A DNA stretch of 59,122 bases, counting the filler, from Squatina squatina (Eukaryota), in NCBI GenBank assembly GCA_031763465.1. It is 4 parts of 3 records of this genome, joined end to end, with 100 filler letters (N's around TTAATTAATTAA, not from the genome) between each part and the next. Parts side by side here need not be neighbours in the genome. Positions count along the whole stretch, not along the records: positions 40,696 to 59,122 come from JARFOE010000001.1; 3 more parts are not named here. One strand, given 5' to 3'. The position numbers and the translations under genes are program-made. The number at the start of each line of letters is the position of its first letter. The stretch's first letter is position 1. The notes below the pieces were generated by a model. The model was not told where the DNA came from. It did no database searches and saw nothing but the letters and a program-made list of their open reading frames with translations. Below, one piece after another: positions 50,993-59,122 of this stretch.

Positions 50993-52959
50993 TCCTTATT
51001 ATTGAGTTGTATTTTAACTTTTATACAGTTATGTAATGCAGAATTGTCTTGCGGAGAAATGTATAAAAACTGGCCGTTTGTAATGAGTATTTAGATTCAT
51101 AAAGGCCTAAGATACTAAGCTCAGAACTGTAACACATTTGAATCCCCAACTAATCTTCATTAGGTCTGGGTGCAAATATTACCTTTGAAGTGTATGTTTA
51201 AGTACTGCTACACATACTGTACGTTTAATAAATCTGTGATACCTGATATTCAATGTACAAGAACCTTGATTTGAGGAGTAAATTATAACTAACGGCACCT
51301 ATTCTCCAAAAGAAACCATCAAAATGTTTTGATAGACCAGTTATACTACACGACTGGTACTGATGCAGGGCAGTTTTACGGAAACAAAGGCCTAGGATCC
51401 TTGCCACAATTCCTTCCCCTCTCTTCCAAGATGGCCTCTGAGCCCAGCCACATTCGCAGCTGTAGAAAAAGCAAGCTCAGAGGCCTCTGCAGAAATTTGC
51501 TGAGAAAGGGCTTGGGTGCTCGGTGCAGTGGGAGAATGAGGTGGCCAGCGAGCTGCTTGATCAAAAACTTTTACTTTAAAGTTTTCACATTTTATTAAGG
51601 GTGCAAATAGTGACACCACTATTGCCAGCCAGAATCAAAATGATTGGTTAATTCCCCCGTCAATCACGCCTGGAGACCACACTGCTGCAAATGACTGGGA
51701 TTGATTTTAGGCACATAATTTGTATTCTGCAACTATTCTCCACTCACTGCATTTTGTAGGATAAATAATCCTGCTTTTATCGGGAGGAGTTGCAGTAGTT
51801 CTCGGTCACAAATTCCGCTTGTGTAGTTTGTGGAGACTGTTTATATAGACGGTTTGCTGTAAGTTCCGAGCCCCACCTCCAACTCATTGACTGACAGTGG
51901 TGTCAACACTCAGTCCGTTTTATTAATGGGACCTGTGGTGGAAACACTAAGTACCTGCAACAGGCAAATTCGCAGATTTTAAACCCAAGGTCCCCTCCAC
52001 TGATCATTGCACACTGACACCCAATAGGCAGTCCCCATGCTCGGTGTTACAAGACACGTTGCTTGTTTTCATCTCTTCACCATGACACCCACACGTAGCA
52101 GGTGCAATATCTCCCCATCCCCCTCCTGATGAGCTTCTTGCTGAAAACTGTGAGGCTGGGATGCAGTGCATCTCCATGTTACTTTCTGCCTCCATGCACC
52201 CCAGCACTTTGGGGGTAAAGGGAAAAGAAAATTTGACCAGGAGTAAAGGAATCAGATGGAAAGCCTAGACCCAAGTGTGTAGTATAACTTGGGACTGAAG
52301 CACCAGGATAGAATTCTAGCAAGTGCTGCAAGACCATTCTCAGGAGGTTGTCTCACCTGTACACAGCCTAGAAACTTTTTAAATGTTAGAACTGTAACAT
52401 CGGCAAAGAGCACACTGCCCTGCTGAGTTTGGTAACTTTGCAAATTAGCCGGTACTTGGGCACAGGTGAGCAGAGCCCTGCTTTGCCCAGCCAGAGTAAT
52501 GCAGAGCTGTCCGTCTTAGTAAACACCACTGGCTCCACCAATTCCAGCACGCGTCAGTCTCAAACTGATATCTTCAATTAATGAGTTACAGTGCAATTAA
52601 GAAACCTGAATCTGTCTAAATTTTATTTGGAGTCATGAAAGGCATTAATTGATGCAGAGGAGAAATCTAGACAATCCAATTATAAGGCAAGAACTAATAT
52701 TTTGATGAGCTTATTTAAATAAGAAGTGAAAAAGATAGGTGAATGGCAGAACAGGCTCGAGGGGCTAAACGGGCTCCTCCTGTTCCTATGGGAAGATAAA
52801 CTTTGCCATCACTTATCAAACCAAGTGTTATACTGAGTATGCACTGCACAAATTGGAAAGCAAAAATTGCAGCACATGTTAAATTTGTTTTGAGGTATCA
52901 AATGTTTAAGGTACTGTGCATTTTCAATTACTGCAGCTGAACTGACCTAGATATAATAG

Positions 52960-53620
52960 CCTAGGGTTTCCTCTGCATATGTGCCCTGATACACAGACAA
53001 TCCGGCCATAAAAAAATTACACGGCTTAAAAAATTGGGGAATTTTGATGGGCTATTTGACTGATGTTAGACGGTACCAATTACAGTAACTGAGGTAGCGC
53101 GCAATTACAACACGCCCAAGTCGCCTCGATCTTTTATATCCTCCATCCGAACGAATAACCTCCCACAAAACTGGCCGCATGTCCCAGACTCTCCAATGTG
53201 AGTGAAGCCAATTGGGCTTGTTTGAGTCTCCCAACACTGATCAGATTTTCAGATGCAGCACCAAAGTCATTTTTCTGGTCCTTTAATTGCAATTCTTTGC
53301 CCATTTTTTTTGTTAAAGAAAATTATCCTGAAATCTGATGTTTTTTTAAAAATGTATTTTTATGGTAAAGAAGTCACATTAAAAACTGATAAGCTACCCC
53401 GATTACAGGTTCGTACATGTTGTGCCTGATTCGCATGAATGATGGTAGGATGAGTTGAAACTTAAATTTCAAGATTCAGGTTGTTCCAGCTGGTATATGC
53501 CAATTGAGTGAGCGTATTCTAATGAGATTGGGAGGACACTTGGGCGTTTTTCAACACTGGCAAAATGGGCACAGTTTCGGGTGCAACTTCTGGGTTTGCA
53601 CCCATGGAGGAAACTCCAGG
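52960..53620. mobile_element. Putative MITE
   Basis: CCTAGGGTTTCCTC (52960-52973) matches the reverse complement of GAGGAAACTCCAGG (53607-53620) at 12/14; no coding capacity seen. Confidence 0.35.
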
Positions 53621-54009
53621 ACAACTTGTTTAAGAGCACAATGATAAAGCTCCTGAGATAGCTTGGCTGATTGAGGTAGACAAGCCACAAAGACTAGGAA
53701 GGTCTCAGGATTGATTCCTGATCCGTGCGGTTAGCTCACCTCAAGTGGAACCACTACAGGTACTCAATTAGCCAGCATCACTATTTAAGGGAGGAAAAAA
53801 AAGCACAGGCATTGTCAGTCACAGGTGTTGTCAAACTATGAGTTAAAACTCGAGCAACTCATAAAAGAAAGGTAGTTATTAATATGTTAACTGTAAAATT
53901 TCTTTAATGTGCCAAAAGTCACTCGCTCATTAACAAAAAGGTATTTTTGAACCTTACAATTAGTTGTTTCAACAATTTCCAAGTACAAAATAAGGTTGAC
54001 CAAACTTAC

Positions 54010-54159
54010 ATTATCATGGCTAAGCATCACTCCTTTAGGGTTCCCTGTGGTTCCAGATGTGTAGATTAGCATACAACATTGATTGGCCGTCTGAGAGTTT
54101 ATGATTTCATCCAACTCTGCATCTGCGATACTATCCCCCAATTCCATGAATTGCTTCCA
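54010..54159 (-). CDS. ACSBG2: ACSBG2-like exon with the AMP-binding P-loop
   Basis: 150 nt, phase 0-0, AAG/GTAAGT. WKQFMELGDSIADAELDEIINSQTANQCCMLIYTSGTTGNPKGVMLSHDN. Confidence 0.88.
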
Positions 54160-54682
54160 CTTAGTAAAGTTTAAAAGGCAATTATTACACACGTTCTCTA
54201 AAAACAGCTAAATAATATACCTTGAAATATTTAAATGAGAAAATCATAATAAACTGATGTAATGTTAAATGCACAGTCATTGGTTGAGTTAACTGCTCAA
54301 ACATGTACAACTGACATAATAAATAAAATTAAGAACTCTTACGGAATACACATCTGGATCCTGTTGTTGCAACACGTCCTTGTATTGAACAATTGCTTTG
54401 AGCTGAGGCAACTGACTTCGAATCTAAAAATAAGAGTCAAAAATAGTTTTAAATATTCATTACAAGATTTAATAACAAAATATGGAGCAAGCAAAGTTCA
54501 TTCAGCTCACCAAACACACTAAAACCAAAGTGTATGTCCATTTTATCATGGACTTCCCATAGACAAAATTACTGAAATTACCNNNNNNNNNNNNNNNNNN
54601 NNNNNNNNNNNNNNNNNNNNNNNNNNNNNNNNNNNNNNNNNNNNNNNNNNNNNNNNNNNNNNNNNNNNNNNNNNNNNNNNNN

Positions 54683-54815
54683 CCCAACAGCACTGTATGT
54701 GCATCTTCAGCACAAGGACTGCAGTGGTTCAAGAAAGTGGCTCACCACCACCTTCTCAAGGGCAATTAGGGATGGGTAATAAATGCTGGCCTCACCAGCA
54801 ATGCCCACATAGTGA
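54683..54815 (+). mobile_element. Non-LTR retrotransposon 3' end (clade uncertain)
   Basis: GGACTGCAGTGGTTCAAGAAAGTGGCTCACCACCACCTTCTCAAGGGCAATTAGGGATGGG...AATAAATGCTGGCC, recalled as a common shark LINE terminus. Confidence 0.55.
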
Positions 54816-55186
54816 ATTAATTTTAAAAAGATATATTTCACATTTTATAAAATCACTCACACCTCATTTTCCAAATCACAGTTTGCTTTCTGTCGACCCA
54901 AAAGAACATTGAGATGACATGCCAACCATACAACCAAAGGCTGTAAGAAAAGCCTGGAGCAACACTAATTTTAACATTTCTCTCTTTTTATAAATAGTTT
55001 TTTTTGAGTGTAAATTTAACAGAGCTCCAGGTGAAAACTAAATCAATTTTGTACTGGAAATTTTCATACAGGAATTAACAATTATCCTGCAAATACTGCC
55101 CAGCTGGTCTAGGTCAATATTTGATCCAGATGTATGGAAGGTAATTCTTTCCAAAACAATGATTCAACATTTTTGGCATCAAATTC

Positions 55187-56475
55187 TTAAAAACCCATTC
55201 TGGCCCTTTTCTTTTTTGGCTGAGATGGTCCAAGCTGACTCTGAAAGGGTGTTAGCCAGGACATTTCATAAGTAGATGCCATTTGTGAAGGTTCAGCAAA
55301 TGACAACTGTGTGGAGGAAGCCAATGGTATGCCATCATCTCCTCGAGAAGGTTGGGGTGGATGGTCTTCCAGTGCAGCCAAGTAATTTTGAAGAATTCTT
55401 TTTCGTTCCTTGGGAATACTGATTAACTGCATTTCTTGTGAAAAAATTGGTGTTGGTGTTTGGCTTTGTTCTACTACAGACACATTGGATTGAACTTCCT
55501 TTTCTTGTCTAGACTCTTCAGTAACTGTCCCAATTGATTGCTTTACTTCAGTTGATTTACTAGATACATTACTTTCTGTACCAGACAAATAATCAGTGTG
55601 TTCTGAATCCACTACAGAGGATCTACTCCAATCTGAAAAATCACTGAAGTCAGACAAGCCAGATACTGAGGATGTGAAGCTGCCCGACAGCCCTCTTCGC
55701 TGCCCTGCTCGAGCCAATTTTTCACGTCTTCTTTTTGCGAGCAGCGCTCGGACATTCTTGTCCCGGTTCACACCTAGTTTCTCTGCCCACCACTCACTCC
55801 ACTTCCCCTCCCATGCTGCTGTAAGTCTTTCACTTAGCTCATCTTTCCACATTGAGGGATCCACAAGACTTGGGACACTAACAGGATCCAGTATTGGATA
55901 AGTACTGTGACAGAGCACTTGGTTCTTCTCCATAACTGCTTTCATTTTATCCCATACTTCTCTGCATGTATCATTTGATTCTTTGCCCTTCTTAAACCGT
56001 TTACAAGAAAACAGACGCTTCGTACTGAAGGCAGAATGTTGGTGGAGCATATCAGAGCCACTTTGAAATTTCTTTTGTTGTTTTAAAAATGAGTTCATCC
56101 ACCTTCGGCACATGGCTAGAGCAGCACAACTGGGTGTTAAAGGTTTATTACTACTCTGCTTGATGAATGACTGGAATCTTTGTTTGTCTACTCCACTCAG
56201 TGAAGAGTTTTCTTCCTGTCTTTCACCTTCTCCTTGTGCCAAGTCTTCTGCTCCTTCAAGCCTAGGTTCTGTAGAATGATTTACTGATTGTACCCCTTTA
56301 CTCAAAATGGAGTTATTTGGTTCATGATCACTTCCAATCCTAGCTCTTGATATGCTTTTTCCATTGGCAGATGAGTTCTTATAAACCAGCATCTGGTAAA
56401 ACAGGTCTCCCACGGCAGAGAGCTGAAACACAGACAGGGTCTTTTTGCCACGATAATGGTAAAGCGTTGCGAGTC
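55187..56475 (-). CDS. TAF1C: TAF1C (SL1/TIF-IB subunit) terminal exon
   Basis: TTCTACAG acceptor. VFQLSAVGDLFYQ, WKDELSERLTAAWEG...WW and the C-terminus SQPKKKRARMGF* match recalled TAF1C motifs. Confidence 0.9.
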
Positions 56476-56905
56476 CTGTAGAACAAAAACAAGGATTTTT
56501 TTTTCTCCTTTCAAATTCACTGAAGCACATACACCAAATTGTAAGTTTAAATTAGACCCATCCCCCCACAAACTATGTAAATAGTCTCAAATTGCATAGA
56601 CACCCTTAACTATGGATGTTGGATTACTGTTTATTAGGGAAGGTGCCTCTCCTGTGAGACAGCAACTTGCCATAAGAAAAACAACATGACATAAAAGTGT
56701 AACCTACCTTTCTGCCACCCCAATATAATTATAATGCAAAGATTTTTCAGTATTTCATTAACATTATATTTTCCATCTTTATACTTACTTTAAAATTATA
56801 TATGAACCTGTAATTGTGAGCTGGTAAATACATCTTGTGTATGTAGGAGCTATGCTAGTTACCAGTTAGACTAGTTCAGTAATATCTTTAAAAATCAGAT
56901 CTCAC

Positions 56906-57043
56906 CTGCCCCAGCAGAGTGGAGTCTCTCCGCAACCACTTCATGCCGCTGAGGTAACCTGACCGGTAGGTGCTGCATCATATCGTAAATACTGGAAAGT
57001 TTCTGCGGTGGACCGAATGACTGGCAAGGAAGTTGCGTCCCAC
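56906..57043 (-). CDS. TAF1C: TAF1C penultimate exon
   Basis: 138 nt, phase 1-1, TAG/GTGAG. GTQLPCQSFGPPQKLSSIYDMMQHLPVRLPQRHEVVAERLHSAGA splices in frame to the terminal exon; this frame is not in the ORF track. Confidence 0.82.
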
Positions 57044-57484
57044 CTAACAGAAGTTATAAAGGTTTTGGTTAAATTCAACAATTCTGAAGTAAAATCACAT
57101 CCCTGCTTTACAATATAATTGAGTTTTACATTAGGCTTCATCAACGCTTACAGAGGAACATGAGGAAAATGAAGCAATTTGTTTCCATAATTTTCTTGAC
57201 AGTTTTTCACTTGAGTGCATAGAAGAAAACCTACAGGTTATTTCTGACAGAAATGCAACATTCCTTTTTGCTGATATTTTGTTGCTAGAAGACTCAACAG
57301 GGGATCTAGTGCATTCTGAACATCTTTGTCACCAAAATAGAAACCATCAGTTCAGCATCCCCAAGCCAAACTTACCCTGAGGCCCCTCCCTATCCTAGTC
57401 CTGCCTCTCCCCACCCCACCCCATCTCTCCCTAGTGTCTCTCCCATCTCCCTGCCTTCGGTGAGTTCATCTCATCCATGACTGG

Positions 57485-58640
57485 ATCTCAGTTTCCACCC
57501 CTCCTACAGCATTGAAACAGCTTTAGCTAAAGTCACAAATTACATTTTCTGTGCCTGTGACTATGATGCATTATTGCTCCTCATCTTCTTTGTAGCCTTT
57601 CATACGGCTGACCACACCATTCTCCAACTCTTCTCNNNNNNNNNNNNNNNNNNNNNNNNNNNNNNNNNNNNNNNNNNNNNNNNNNNNNNNNNNNNNNNNN
57701 NNNNNNNNNNNNNNNNNNNNNNNNNNNNNNNNNNNNNNNNNNNNNNNNNNNNNNNNNNNNNNNNNNNNNNNNNNNNNNNNNNNNNNNNNNNNNNNNNNNN
57801 NNNNNNNNNNNNNNNNNNNNNNNNNNNNNNNNNNNNNNNNNNNNNNNNNNNNNNNNNNNNNNNNNNNNNNNNNNNNNNNNNNNNNNNNNNNNNNNNNNNN
57901 NNNNNNNNNNNNNNNNNNNNNNNNNNNNNNNNNNNNNNNNNNNNNNNNNNNNNNNNNNNNNNNNNNNNNNNNNNNNNNNNNNNNNNNNNNNNNNNNNNNN
58001 NNNNNNNNNNNNNNNNNNNNNNNNNNNNNNNNNNNNNNNNNNNNNNNNNNNNNNNNNNNNNNNNNNNNNNNNNNNNNNNNNNNNNNNNNNNNNNNNNNNN
58101 NNNNNNNNNNNNNNNNNNNNNNNNNNNNNNNNNNNNNNNNNNNNNNNNNNNNNNNNNNNNNNNNNNNNNNNNNNNNNNNNNNNNNNNNNNNNNNNNNNNN
58201 NNNNNNNNNNNNNNNNNNNNNNNNNNNNNNNNNNNNNNNNNNNNNNNNNNNNNNNNNNNNNNNNNNNNNNNNNNNNNNNNNNNNNNNNNNNNNNNNNNNN
58301 NNNNNNNNNNNNNNNNNNNNNNNNNNNNNNNNNNNNNNNNNNNNNNNNNNNNNNNNNNNNNNNNNNNNNNNNNNNNNNNNNNNNNNNNNNNNNNNNNNNN
58401 NNNNNNNNNNNNNNNNNNNNNTTCACTCTTACCTATCGCATTGTAGCCAAAGCATCTCTAGCAATGGTTTCTCTTCCCATGCCTTCACTATCATCTTAGG
58501 GGTCCACCAAGGATCAGTCTTTGGTTCCTGCCTCTTAGTCATCTACACGGGGTCCCCTGATAGCATTGGATCAGCTTCCACATGTATGCTGATGACACTC
58601 AGGTCTACTCTTTCACCACCTCTCAATCCCTCCACTTCCC
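57485..58640 (+). mobile_element. L2-clade LINE RT fragment spanning an N gap
   Basis: SIETALAKVT...AFHTADHTIL before the gap; GVHQGSV...FHMYADDTQVY after it. Confidence 0.8.
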
Positions 58641-59122
58641 CGGTTCAATTCTTTAGAATCAGTTTAAAATGCACACGTTTTCAGTTTAACTGCTCCTTTA
58701 TATACAGTAAGCTTGAAATGTTCTCCAAAATCTGGACATGGGGTTGCCACAAGTTATCCTGGACATGCTGCAGAATTCTGGGGGCCATGTTTAAAATTTC
58801 CTCTCTTCCCCACCAGCTTCCTGTGTCCTCCCACCCAAAACATGCTATATTGCTCCTGGATCATTATTATAGAGTAGACAAACACACAAGCTCACTAACT
58901 GTTATCATTAGTTGGAAGTTGCCAGTCACCTGAATATTGCAGAAGTAACACTTCCTGAGTACGCTGAGTCCCCAGGACAATCTTGTTTGTTCTGTTCCTT
59001 CCTGTCCCACATGCAACTTGTGCAAACATTGGTGGTGACTCCAGCATGTGGACCCACTTTAGAACAGGTACAGTAGGGAATCGTTCATCTACAATGTAGG
59101 CAGAATACTATATTTGAAAAAT

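Overview
Eukaryotic DNA, most likely from a shark or other cartilaginous fish (inferred from DeuSINE/SacSINE1-type SINEs and abundant CR1 LINE tails), from a heavily gapped draft assembly. Three artificial 100-nt linkers (44 N + TTAATTAATTAA + 44 N, at 13962, 27552 and 40596) split the window into four scaffolds. Scaffold 1 holds single exons or fragments of SCARA3, IMPG2, SLC35F6 and KCNK3. Scaffold 2 is essentially non-coding and repeat-rich. Scaffold 3 is gapless (27652-40595) and carries the most interesting feature: a spliced Fc-receptor-like (FCRL) gene with five Ig exons, a TM exon and at least three cytoplasmic Tyr/ITIM-like exons. It is apparently disabled by two nonsense codons and a GT>GA donor mutation, and much of it is missed by the ORF track. 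Scaffold 4 has two exons of a divergent HERC1-like gene, two ACSBG exons, two TAF1C exons, one unidentified candidate exon and a Penelope-type end with a minimal hammerhead-ribozyme motif. Gene identities come from my recall of vertebrate protein sequences, not from a database search. Repeat boundaries are approximate. No prokaryotic system or CRISPR array is present.
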